Positions 10,836-23,928 of a stretch of DNA of 64,000 nucleotides are shown piece by piece (position 1 is the stretch's first letter; each line of letters opens with the position of its first letter). Made by a program: the position numbers and the translations under genes. This DNA comes from Phoronis australis. Its lineage: Eukaryota > Animalia > Phoronida. The notes beneath the pieces are model-generated. The model was not told where the DNA came from. It ran no database searches and saw only the letters and a program-made list of their open reading frames with translations. Location of the stretch: the NCBI GenBank assembly GCA_002633005.1, contig NMRA01000084.1, forward strand, positions 482,320 to 546,319, written 5' to 3'.

Positions 10836-13800
10836 CTCTGAGCTTAGTTTCAGTTTTGGTTGTATGCAAGGAAGTGAATGAGAACCTGGATATAATGCGG
10901 GTAGTGCTAAAACAAGACAAAACATCTGTTTGAATGGTGGTTTTACGAGTTTTCGCGTTCAGTGTCTCTTTAAGGTTATTCAGTACATGTACTTTATAGA
11001 TAAGTGTGTACATTTAGCATAATATGTACAATATTATTGAAGTTAACTCTGCAAAGGAATACATTTTTGAAATTAAAAATTCCGAAAAACTTAATTTTTG
11101 ACTTTATACCCATCTGCTACGTCACGTGATCTTACTTTTCGGAAAAATATCACAAAAGAAAGGTGCATTCATAACAAAACAAAAGGACCAATAAAATGAC
11201 CAATTTTCGCATGATATAAATGTTCAAGATAAAACCTCAAAGAACGCGATAGAATTCTAAATTATCGTCATGTTTCTTTTTATCCCAGGCTATACTTTTC
11301 ATAAAAACCATATGAGGACTATTTTTTAAAAAAGTGGAGTGGTTTAATAACACTTCCTAACAGTCTGTTGGAGAACAATGCACAAAACCGGAATAAGAAA
11401 GTTGCATGTATATCCGTTCAAACATTCTCAGATTCGGTGTTCTGAATTTGGCCAATATTGAACATTTTACTAGGGTCCTACATAACCTTAAACACTTCAT
11501 GATTATCTCAACAAAGAATCTTGAGCGGTCGAGTGGTATGATCTTACCACGTAGCGGTCGACTTTCTCGTCCAAGACGTTGTCTGTAAGATGCTGTGCAA
11601 TGGGTTTCGGATCTGGTTCCAGATTTTTTAGCGGTTGGCAAACGCTAAAGTAGTGACAGTAGTATATTCCATTGTCTTTTTCAAGGCTAAAACAGGTTCT
11701 GGAGTGCTATTTTAAGGTTATACCAGGCCTTATCAACAATGCTGTGGGTTTATTCAGAAACATTAAAGCCTGTGGCCGAATTTTGAGTTTAACTAGGTAG
11801 AAAAGATTCTGGGTGTAAAAACATTGTAGTGCGTGACTAAGTAATAATTTTCCATTAATCGGACACGTGACCTCGTTTAAGTGTGTTTTAGACAAAAAAC
11901 ACTAAAATACACGCCTTGCAAGACACCAGTGTCCATAAATGGACCGTATTCCAGATAATGTAAATGTTTAATACGAAATCTCAAAAAAACGTCGTTACAT
12001 CTTCGTCAATTTTTATTTTGTTTTCATTCCACGCAAGTCTTATTTCAGCTGATAGCGTATCTTGCAGATACGAAAAAACTCCAAACAGAATCCCTAAAAG
12101 CAATTTGGAGAATAGTGCAAAAACATAGTATCAGGTGAATCCCACAGCTGTTTGCTACGTGAACTTAATCCTTATATTATCACGAGTTCATATAACTATT
12201 GTAAAAATGGGCAAGTAATATTCAATAGAATGACTTCTGGGCATTGCACGATTCACGTCGTGAATTGCAATACAGGACGCCCTGATACTTAGACAGAAAA
12301 AAAATGAAAATAAAATAAATTGCAAAACTCGTGTTCTGTTTCTGAACGTTAACGGTGCGTTCTCAATTTTTCTCATAATTCTAAGTGTCGTATCTTAATA
12401 CGACCTGATCAACTGATTACCCGCTTTTAAATATCTTCTTTAGCTAAAACTGTTGCAGGAGTTTGAGCCCAAACGGTTAAAAACTGTGGTTCCCTAAACA
12501 CGTGAACTCCGCGCAGTTAAGTTTGCCTTCATATACTAAAGTCATAATCCTGTGCTTTTGCCAAGCTCCTTTGTTGCAAAGAAGGTAATCGCTAATGCTT
12601 TTCTATTTTTTTCATAGCAAGTTGCGTAGACAGAATACCCCTGTGCTTATATTCAAACCTCATTGAAAACTGACAAGTTTGTGGAGACAGATGTTTTCGA
12701 TACAACTATGCCAGCCAAAAGGGATGCAGCAGCAGTGCAAACGACCAATTTCATTTCACGTCATACATATTTTTTCTTGTTTGAACTCATGGATTTCTCT
12801 TGGAAATATGAAATTAACGGAGCCGGAAAAATAATGTTTCGAATGCTTAAATGGTTTATAGTTGTTTCATTAAACCTGCGCCTATGGCTATTGTAACACC
12901 CAACCTACATCATTCATAACGCCATTGTTTATCCATCGACGCCACAACAGGTCGCTGCAAAGGAACGCAGTGGCCGGGCTAATATGTTGAAGCCTCTGTA
13001 ACTACCCGCTCTGATGGCTCGTTCTTGTGCCATGTTTGCAACGGCCATCGTATTGCCGTACATGCACTTATTAAGGTCATGCGTCTGTATTTTTTTTCAA
13101 AAAGGTTAGCATTAGCTCCTATTACACGAGAAGGCGGTCATCTGTTACTGCATATCTTACAATGTATGTCTGATATTTTTGTGTCTTCTTTAGTAGTTTC
13201 TATTTCAAAGTTAAAGCTAAATTAAAAACATGTCGGGATCTATATATTTTTAAAACAAGAGTAATCTTGATTAAAGTGTTGTCTTCTTTTTGAAGTACCT
13301 ATGTGACCAGCGACTGTTGATTTATAAAAGTAGATATTTTACGAAACTAGGAATCAAGACAAAGCTAATCATCTCATTCACACCAATGTGCCATTCTCGC
13401 GGTTAGGTGACCGCGCGTTTTTATCGGAAGGTCTTATGTAAGTGTTTCGCACATAAGCGCATGCAGCCTATTCTTAATATAGGCGCAACTTCACGTCTAG
13501 CCGTATGGGCTTAAACACGAGCGCGTGCATCATGACACCTGGGGGAAACAACATGAACAACCATCAACATGTGTAATAATTGTATTACGGTTTAGCAGTA
13601 CATTTATTTACACCAATGGTCCCAAACAAGTTCCCTTCAGCAATATACAACATGAAATTAAGTTTTGCTCCGCGTCACCAAATTTGGTCGGCTATACAAT
13701 AAATTCATTTGTGGAAAGAATATTATATCAACGGAATATCGCATTATTTTTTTACTCGTTTCCATGACATCTGTTGCAAATCTCAAATATTAAAATAAAA

Positions 13801-14598
13801 ACATCGCCCAGTTATTACAATGGCCGAATTGTTTATCTAATCAATCTAATGTCTCATAGACACGAATTGTACCAACGTGAAACAAATTATAAAAGATTTC
13901 CGAAAGCACATTGGTTGTCTGTTTAGAATCTCTTCATAAACTAACGTGATATAAATAGAAAGGAGACGACGGACAATAACTGTAAACATTTACGAACGAA
14001 CACCAAGTGTCGCGTACGAACGCCTTCGACTTTTGTGATATACTGGGTACATCAATAAACACATACACTACCTGTATTAACTCGCAACCGGGGCCTTTAG
14101 TTGTACACGTATGTCTAGAGAACGGATACTGTGTACTTCTGTATTTCAACGTTAATTACCTGATCGCAAACAGTTCGAACTTATAAGCAGGGATTGAGCA
14201 GCCTGCATATTGAATTGATGTAACGAGTTCATTCTTTACGATGAACATGCCATACCTATTTAGACAAGAATACTAGTTCGGCTTAATTAATTAAAGTAAT
14301 TGAACATAAATTATAAACAGTATCACATTTTCAACAACCACGCCTCTTCACTGTCCAATATACATGTACACTCATTGTTTCCAATTCGGATTCCCGGTCA
14401 ACGGAGTCGAACACAGCAACCGTCACGGTGCACATGAACAAGCATATCTGCACGCAGCCCCATCTCATGGCGCAAATCTATAAAATATGTTTCTTTTCCG
14501 ATGCCACCCAAGCTATAGACCCTCCAGAGAGTCGAGGAATCTTGTAGTCCTCAACAGATGATCTTAATAACTGATAATCCAGCTTTCTATTTGTTAGT

Positions 14599-14715
14599 TC
14601 ACACCGAAGGCGGCTCTTGCGAGGCTTCGTGGATATCGTCCTCTTTAAATAAAGCTTTGGCCCTCTCATTAATCTTCTTTCTCTTCATGCGCCGGTTTTG
14701 AAACCACACTTTTAC
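14599..14715 (-). CDS. Post2: Post2 coding exon 3 (recognition helix and C-terminus)
   Basis: Acceptor ATTTGCAG|GTAAAAGTGTGGTTTCAAAAC. Translates VKVWFQNRRMKRKKINERAKALFKEDDIHEASQEPPSV* and joins exon 2 in phase 0. This frame is missing from the ORF track. Confidence 0.96.
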   Translation of the reverse strand, partial: VKVWFQNRRMKRKKINERAKALFKEDDIHEASQEPPSV

Positions 14716-16304
14716 CTGCAAATATGAAGCTAAGTGTAATTTGTCGTCTCAAACCTCTAGACCTTTCCTTTGAGATACTAATTGTAAAATATTTCACAAG
14801 TGCTACTGAATAAAAAATACCCAAATGTTTTAGCCCCTTTTAGAATATCACTCAACAGGTAACAGGCAGATTTCCGGTATACCTTTATCTAATACTGAAC
14901 AAGGCGCATTCATTAATGTACTTATTTGGTGTTTGCTCTCATACTTTTCGTCTTGAAATTAATTGCTAATTTAAAACATACTATAATAAGCGAAATGAAA
15001 ATAACCAGATATGTCTGTGGATATAAAAATAATTCACTAAACATTTATGAACCACGTAGTTACTGTTCGCTAGTGGCAGATATTTTAATTATCACGTGTT
15101 CTGCAAATTTTACAATTTTCTGTCGCCATGTAGGAGTTAGCACGAGGTTACTGTCACTTGATTTTGGATCACGTCCTTTCGGGGGGGGGCTCCATGGGCC
15201 TCCCTAAATCTGCCTGTGACGCGAAAAGTAGGTATATTGATTAATTTTTTAAATGCGCAGATCAACCTAAACGATGCCATTCCGGCTCCGTGTAAAGTCT
15301 CCATGCTGATCTGCTTTGTAGCCATAATGCGTTGATAAATGAAGCAGCAACGGGATAATTGGACATCAAGTAATGCTCGTATTTAAATAACAAGTGAAAC
15401 ATAGCTTTACTATACACATATAGTTTGTGGTATGCATGGATTCGTGAGGGAAAATCGTGTCAAAGATGTCCGTCACAAACAAGCGAAGTTTTCAAACCCT
15501 TGCGTTAACAAAATGTTGTTCATCTTGTAATAGCGAGGGGTATTTTTAATGCTATCCCAATGCCACTTTAGAAATGCGTCTCCGATTTATTAACAAACAC
15601 GACTATAACAAAACTGCGTCGAAAAAAAAACGTTCGAATTTGACCTGAATGGATTAACCACATTCGGTTATACACTTGTCAAAACACTCGTCCATGTTAA
15701 CTATTACGCGGTAATCTTCCCTTTGGTTCAAAATACTACTACAAACAGAAAAAGAATAAATATTTCCCTCAATCGTCCAATAAATCGGTCTAAATGGCAC
15801 GCTGTTTATGACAGTTTAAATATATTTTATTACTAATCTCTGCTCCATGTGGCTCTCTTTTATGGCTGCGTCTCCTCTTTTGTCTTAAGGGCACAGTTAA
15901 CGGATTTACAAGCAAACACTACAGGCTTATTGCTCTACTAATTTCATTGTTAGGGATTAACAGCGTAGCTAATAAAGCGAAGATTTATAGCCTCTGATTC
16001 TCGTTTGAGCTATTACATTTAAAAAGCGTGTACCCAAAAAACGAAGAAATGAAAACTTTTAAGTGATATCGTATGCGCAAACGGAACAATGTGGCTAGCG
16101 AACAAAAGGCAAATGCTAGATAACCTTTCAAACGATCAGTTTTCAGCGAAATAACACACCTACCTATCTACATCGAAGATGAATTTCAAAACATGTGCGC
16201 AAGTGCGTCCCCTTCTTTTACGATTCAAAATATGCCATGAATATAATTTGGACAGGCTTCTGTGCCAAACACTCTAAATTTCTAAAATGTGCCGTGTACA
16301 TAAC

Positions 16305-16520
16305 TTGAGCTGACTTCTATGACAGACATTCTAAATTTATATGGAATTGTCCATCTGGAATCATCTATGACGAAAAGTCTAAACTTCTTTGGATTTAACT
16401 ATCTAAAATATTTCATGACAAACACTCTCAATTTCTGAGGAATATTCTATGACGAAAACTATGAATTTCTATAGAATCATTCATCTAGAATCTTTTATGA
16501 CGAACACTTTAAATTCCCAT
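16305..16520. repeat. Degenerate minisatellite in Post2 intron 2
   Basis: Recurrent (TTC)TATGACGAAAACT(C)TAAATTTCT units at about 16316, 16365, 16412, 16445 and 16493. Confidence 0.6.
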
Positions 16521-16661
16521 TGACTTAAACCTATACGCTAAGATGTTTTAACCTTGTTTGCTGATTTCTACATGTACCTCTAAATATTGACACATGCTCT
16601 TTTATTTCAAACAAGAACAATTACATCAGGTGTTAAATTTAGCAACAGTATTTTGTCTTAC

Positions 16662-16801
16662 CTGTCGTTCTGTAAGGTGAAGCTTACACGATATTTCCCA
16701 CCTTTTTTGGCGTGTAATATAGGAGCTACTGAGAAACTCATTTTCTAAAACCATATTTTGGTATCGTGTGTAAGGCTTCCGTTTTTTCCTCGTCCTTATT
16801 T
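16662..16801 (-). CDS. Post2: Post2 coding exon 2 (homeodomain N-terminal arm to start of helix 3)
   Basis: Acceptor TTTGTTTTCAG| and donor CAG|GTAAGA. Encodes (E)IRTRKKRKPYTRYQNMVLENEFLSSSYITRQKRWEISCKLHLTERQ; MVLENEF and YITRQKRWEISCKL are diagnostic of lophotrochozoan Post2. Confidence 0.97.
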
Positions 16802-19244
16802 CTGAAAACAAAAGTAAATTTAAACTTTAAAAATCAGAATCATAAACGTATATTGTATTTTCAAAATAAACTTTTTAGAATAAGACAGAGCTGTGTCAGA
16901 CTCTGCCAACCTTGGACGAACCTCTAGTCAGAATTTTTTGGTAGTTTATTACGAACTTTTGTCGCAACGAAATAGAATTTTTGTCCAACTTTGTCAAGAA
17001 TTAGATATGGTCTCATTGCGCCTAGCAGATGATTATTTTCAACTAGATTTCCACAGTAAAATTTCACGAGTTAGTCGAAGTACGTGGATCATCACTTGTC
17101 GAAATTGTGTCGAGATTTAGTTGGGATTGAAACGGTTTTAGTCAAAAAGAAATGGATATTTCATCGCGATATGTGCTTTGAAATTCGTAGTCGAAGTAAG
17201 TATTTTGGATATTCGATGCCTTGAAGAAGATTAAGTCTGAAACAAAAGCACTTTGAGATAAAGTACACTTCAAATATAAAATTAAGTATAAGACACGCTG
17301 TTGTAACCAATGCAATAACTTCCATCGCAGAAAATGCCACATTAAAAAATACAAATGTAAGAAATAATATTTGAAAACTCAGGTGTCCTTTGATGTGGAT
17401 TATATGGCTAAAACGCAATTTGTTTGAGATATTTTAAAGTTTAATACGAATAATTTAACGTACAATGAATAGATTTAAGTCCAGAAAGCACTATAAAGCA
17501 TTATATCTGAGCTTTGACAAACATAAAGAGTACAAATGAATTGTATTTAAATGTATTACAATACAGGGATTATTAACAACCAATGCCAGGGCCCGTGAAT
17601 ATTATGCCGTTTTTGAAAAATTTCTGCTATTTCAGATATTACCAGGGACAGATACATCTAGACCTTTTTGAGACGCAACAATGAAGCGTTCAAAAATTTC
17701 CTTTAGAGCACCAGTTGTCCACTCTCCTATAGTTGACATGGGCATTGCGCATGTTGTCAACAATGCTTATTTCTACAAATGTGGCTGTGATTGACGCCAG
17801 CAGGGGTGCGGTTTGCTAGAAGTGGTGAAAGAAGACACAATCCAGTGGTCTATATGGCTGGTTTAGGCGAAAACCTATTTTCTCTTATATTCTCTCGTAT
17901 GTTTATAATGTGTTGAAACCGTCATTTGTCGCCAAATGCCAGCGTGGTTTTTGACAGGAACATCTCGAGTCTTCGAACTTATTTTGACCGCGGAAGGAAC
18001 TATTCCTGAGCTGCCGTCAGTTGTGGGAAACCGTACATTGGATTTGTGCTGGGATAAATCATGCGCAATTGTTATCATTTCTAAAAAAACATTAGTTGCG
18101 CATGTACTTTAGTCTCGTAATTGATCCAACAGGCCATTTAACGCATGTAACACAACGTTTGTGAAAAGAGAACAATTTCAACTGCATCGAAACTATTAAA
18201 AGTTCGGTAGTATGATGAATCAAGGCACAGTAGACGCAAGAATGCTATATTACACATTAAAAAATGGCGGTCACTCAGATGGCTAATCCGTGTTCACGAC
18301 ACAAAAGTTAGAATGGGTAAATTTGGACATTAAGGTCGAGTTTATGGCTGCGTCTAGCAGAATACGATGTTGAGAGTGTAAAATATGTGACACATTTTTA
18401 ACACCTGAATACTATAAGAAGCAAATGCTTGAAAACCGAATAAAAAAGAAAATTGTTAATTTCACAGTATATTATATTTTACTTTCTTAATCGTGGCATA
18501 TTACATATCCAGAGTGTCCGATTTTTCACGTAGACGCATCATTACTTCTCGTCTCTCATACCACCAAAATTGGCTATTTCAAAAACTTATCATGACCAAT
18601 GTTAAATATTGCAAATGAGATATTGGACATTGTGATTTAGTTTCCAACGTCCATACTCAGTGAATTAGGAAACAATAACAGAAATCAATAGGAATTTGTT
18701 AACAATGAAATGAATGAATTACAAAGCCTTCCTAAACGGCGCCTGACATTTTAAATTTTCATTTACCGGCTACGATATAAATTATATTTACTACCTTTCG
18801 TTAATCTGACAATCTCCGCCAGTTTAAAATAAACATAGTTTTAAGAAAAATCAAATTCATTTATACCGTGCTAAAAATCACCTGATTTAATTCAACAGTT
18901 TTAATGAGACACCGTTTTCTTTTCGATTTGCATAGCAGTGATTAACTATGCGAATATATTTTTAACTTATTTCATTGGCAACTATAACACATATCGTAAT
19001 GATATTTTGGAAACACAGTACTCACGGCCAGAAGCACTCCTAATAATATTCAAAGTATCTAAATGCAGCATTTCATTTAAGTGTACCAATAAAAACTCGA
19101 GCCGTGGTGTCCTTCTATGTATATGTGTGCATGCAGATCAGATGCTTCGGCAAACTTCTTCTATTGAAACTAAGTTATTTGAACTACTCACACACTTCCT
19201 TGACCTCATCTATCAACGTCCTGCCAGTGTTGAAATCTGTTTGC

Positions 19245-19453
19245 AATTCATGGAATTATTAACTAAATAACTCAATCTCGGCATGATGCGTAGAAAATAA
19301 TTTAACCTATTTGAAGAATTCCAGTCCAGAGTTACACACCCCCAATGGTAAAATTCATGGAATTATTAATTAAATATGTCAATATCGGCATGATGAGTAG
19401 GAAATAATTTAACCTATTGAAAAATTCCAATGCAGAGTTACACCCCCCAATGG
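19245..19453. repeat. Tandem duplication of ~107 bp
   Basis: AATTCATGGAATTATTAA...GAGTTACAC..CCCCAATGG occurs twice, starting at 19245 and 19352. Confidence 0.9.
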
Positions 19454-22400
19454 GTTTTAACTTCATTTGGTATCCGAAGATTTATAAGAAATTATAAAAC
19501 TTTCCATTTAAATAATAGTTCACATCTGTTCTAAATGCCCAGCACCAAGAGTTGTTCTTGTTTGATAACATGTCTCTCTGGATTTAGCTAAAGATTATTT
19601 TTTGGGGAATTCTGCTCAACTGTTTCGCCTTCTCCTTCATAACTTGCCGAGTTAACTTCTAGTAAATATATGAGATTACTCTCAGATCCAAGAATCGTAG
19701 AATAACAACACATTTAATTAATCTGTAAACTTGGGTATTCAACGTTGCCGGTAATGAGACCATCACGAAATAACTGAAATCTATTTCCACCAGTTTCTCA
19801 CAATTCTTAAAATAGACAAAGACCTATGTTGTTGTCGGTTGATTAAATTATCAAGTTGTATTTCAAATATGTACGTTATTGATTGGAGCACCAAAAATTA
19901 AAATTCATGAATGCAGATGCGGTCTCTCGTGCATCACACAGTCTTTGGAGATCAATAAAGTTGATCCTCTCCTCGCATGAAGCAGTCGCAAACCGACGGT
20001 CCGAACTATTCCAAGCATCATGGTATCATCAGTAAATCAACTGGCTAACAGAGTGTGCTTGTTCGGGTGTACTGAACCCAGGGTTCAAAATTGGATCTTA
20101 GAATGAACTTGGTGACTCCAACTGTTAAAGAAGATTTGGTCGTTCCCCTTTCTTAATATCTATTTAATTTAATTTAATCAGCAAAACACGTGTTTGCTTT
20201 TCTGTGCTGACGCAACAGCGCCCATCTAAAGTCTGAGAGACATTTGTCGCGTTAATGGTGAACCGAATACAATAAAGCGACATTTTGTCATATAAAGGAG
20301 ACTTAAATGTGCCTTTCTTCAGTTAAAAGTAGAAAATAAACGGAACAACACGCATTATGTCAATTAACGTCTCAGTATCACTGTTCAAAATCATTTTAAG
20401 GTGTGTAATGTCCCTTTATTGTAAACGTTTTTAAAGAAACGCACACAATTTGTAGATTAGACAAGACTACAGTAATATGAATAAATACGTCATGTCTACA
20501 ATCACAAGTTTTCTCCACAAACGCGTTCGCCAGAGTTAAACCATGTCTTCTAGCAGATTATATTATATCGCCAACACGTGTTCTCCAGATTTTTGAAACA
20601 AACCAGGCGCTGCAGTTACTAACTGCATTTTGCTAAATTTCTTTTAAATAGGGTCGTTTTGGTGTTTGGGTTTTATGTAGAGTAAATCTTCAAAGCAAAG
20701 TTTTATTGCGTCTTACGTTGTTATCGACACTTCCTCGGAGCGATATGAGCCTTTGCAGGAGTGACGTCATAGGCAATGCTTTGAAGAGACGGATGTAACC
20801 CACTGAAATTGTGTATTGCAGGATATTTCGAGCTTGGCGTCTGCAGTACACACGACTGGGTTTCAAATAAACGTTAAATCGTACCACGCGCTAGTGGCTT
20901 AATCCGAACCAAATTTGCAGTCACAAATTTCATTACCAGAATTCACAAGTTGGCATGCTAAGAAATGTTTGAATATTTCCAAAATGTTTAGTGGATGCAA
21001 CTAAGGAGAACGCGTATGCGGAGTCGTGTTAAACATAATAAACTAAGGAGGATTTGAAATCATTTTAAGTAATTTGGATATATTCTAACGTGCCCACTTT
21101 AAAATAACTAACCAGATTCATTTCCAACAGTTAATTTTTGGCCAACTGCTTTCTAAATTATTTGGTTTTGACTTTTGAAATCATACGAACAACATAAGCC
21201 GCAATATGAGGTGTAGAAATGAAGAATCGACATGTTGAAATCTTCAATTTTGAAAAACACGCTCAGGGGCTAAAAAGCTAATGGAAGAATAGACGATAAG
21301 ATTTCGCAAGCTTCAAGAGAAAATTTTCGCTTTGCTGAAAGTACGTAAATCTATATAAAATGTTGGTTTTAGAAAAAATACAAATTCAGATCACAGCAAC
21401 CGTTCATGCACTATTTTCATACAAATAATTTTTTCTTGATAACCACGGGATTCAAGGTTTCAACACTCTGCTGATTTAGAAAGTATTCAAGGAAATCAAG
21501 GCGGCCTTGACTAAGGAAGGTAGTCAGTTAAAGTACCTACGTCATATGGACACCGTGACTAGTTGCCTAGAACTTACATGAGAGAGTGTTTCTTATCTAA
21601 TTTATGACACTGGATGAACCGAAACTTCCAGAGCCATTTATAACTTGCGATCTACCCATGTCCAGACATGTAGTGTAAAAAATTGAGAAACCATTCAAAA
21701 TTTCGTGTCGTGTAGGCAGAATAAAAACTACAGAGGCGCCTCCATGGAAAGTGGCTGAAACACAGTGAGAATAAGTTGTCGATCCATTTAGGTTAAGCGG
21801 CTATCAGAGATAACATTCATTAACTAAACACTTAGCAGTCTAATCCTGTTATACGTTATAAAAACGAACGCGATCATGAAATATTGCTTTAAGTACAAGC
21901 CGTACCAATGGTTACACCGTGATAGAAATGTTTATCTCGGTAACTCTTTGATTGAATAAAGCTTGTCAACGAATTCACCAGAATTCGACTACGTCACGTA
22001 ATGAGTCCGAACAGAGAAGGAGTGTGGTCCGTAGCTGTGAGAAACCTTCCAACGACAAGACCATACTAAACAGGCGAGTGAGAGTGTTTTGCGAATTTAC
22101 TCGGGAACTTTTCTAGCAGCCACTGAAGTGTTGCTGAATTCAAGTGCGTCCCGAGCGTCTTGTGTACGCGGGACGCACCCCATATTTGGTCGGTCGAAGG
22201 AACTACAATACTCCGCTAGTGAACAAGCTGTACATTATTGCTGAAAAAATACTCCTGTACTCACAATGGCTTCCCGCGTGTGAAAACTGCAAATGTGTAC
22301 CCGTTCACGAGTAGCACGGTTGGAGGCAACTAAGCTATGAAGCTCCTGAATAAAACCTAATGTGCAAAACATTGAGGCGCGGCAGTTTTGCTTCAAGATT

Positions 22401-23869
22401 TAAATTTTATTCGTTAAAAGGCGCGTTCACTTTCGCAAAACGACTGACCCACATAATAGTTCGTCTTACGTTCTAGAAAGCACGAATTAGCGTCAATAGA
22501 AATTATCCCTTCAATGTTAAACGTTGGGATCGAGGAATTCGAAATCGGACATTAAAAAGTCAAAATATGCAAACGTCATTAAAACTGAACTAAAATCTTC
22601 TACCACTCCAGCCAATCACAAAAGCGGAAGGCTTGAAACAACATGTGTAACGTCATCAACGGGACATTCGGTGTGGGTAGTCTGACGTAACTAACTTATG
22701 ATGTCATTGTACTGCATGCAGGTCAACTTTTTGCCGCTTTTTATGGCTATAACTTATTTTACCAAACGTGTTCGTGATTTCAGCGACATAATTTAGATGC
22801 ATGTGCAGGCAGAGAAAAGTTGTTGTTGGCAGCACCGTGTTATGTCAAAGAAACGGGCCGGAGTCAATGGATAGGCGGTAGAGCGTTTCATGATAATTCA
22901 CAAGAAGGCAGTTAGAAGCAACACAGGGCTCCTCGTCTTAGAAAATTTCATAAATCCAATGCAGGCAAAGATCGTTCACATGAAACACTCACTGATGGGA
23001 CACAGGGGCATTTTGGAAAAACAATCTGCGAAAAAAGCGGCGCTAGAAGCAGTTTGATGTAGACTATAAAATGTGTACTTTTCTGTTGTTATTAAAACTA
23101 CATGGGTGCTGACTAATAGACGGTGTTACTGCTTAGCAATATTTTGACGGAAGCTTCTAAGCGCGCATGCTCTGTTCGTAAACCAAAGAAAACCCCTGGG
23201 GTACCTTCCGTAGACGCACGATTCTTGTGATGCACGTGAGACAAGAAAGTTTCCCTTATAAAACATAAAGATTCAATTCTATCCAATAATCTAACAGTCG
23301 AAGTAGACGCTCAATCGCTTTCGCCATATAGCTACCGTAACATTCACTAAGGTCGTTGGTACATTCGCTCAAGACTCGTTTTTCACTCGCGTTACTTTTT
23401 GTGACCTTGTTTTTTTCTCGAAAGTTTGAGTTTACGGAACCCATATTCATTCCTCTTGCTTATTTACAAAATCATCTCTCGTACGGAAACAACCGAGTGG
23501 CCACTATTGATGGAAAGCAGTTGTGTATTTGAACGTGTGTATTGTGAAGTCGTTGATATTAACTATTTTATTGCGCATGTAATTCTGCATGACTATTTCA
23601 CTTTAGATAAGAGTTTATTGGGTATCACTTGCAGACGTCTGTGATGTACCGACGCGACAGTGAGCTGTCGAAAGTGCCCATTACAAAGATGATGACTGGG
23701 CAGATCGGGCGTCGCTTTTGCGGTGGGTTGTGGGCAGATACGGTGGTCCAAGATGGCAGTTAAATCGATACCTTTGGGGTGATGAAACACCGAGGTATTT
23801 GGCAAACATAGTCTTTGGTTTGCAACAAACAAATGTACGAGTGTTTACTTCCACTTGGTTGGTTGTTTG

Positions 23870-23928
23870 CCGAGGTAGTGATCACGACCAAGGAATGACC
23901 GAGGTAGTGATCACGACCAAGGAATGAC
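23870..23928. repeat. Perfect 29-bp tandem duplication
   Basis: CCGAGGTAGTGATCACGACCAAGGAATGA x2. Confidence 0.92.

Noticed and set aside
22144-22178. 10-bp GC-rich hairpin GTGCGTCCCG...CGGGACGCAC (similar small hairpins near 32027 and 32134)
   Set aside because: Too short for a pre-miRNA, with no Helitron CTRR end or other supporting context.
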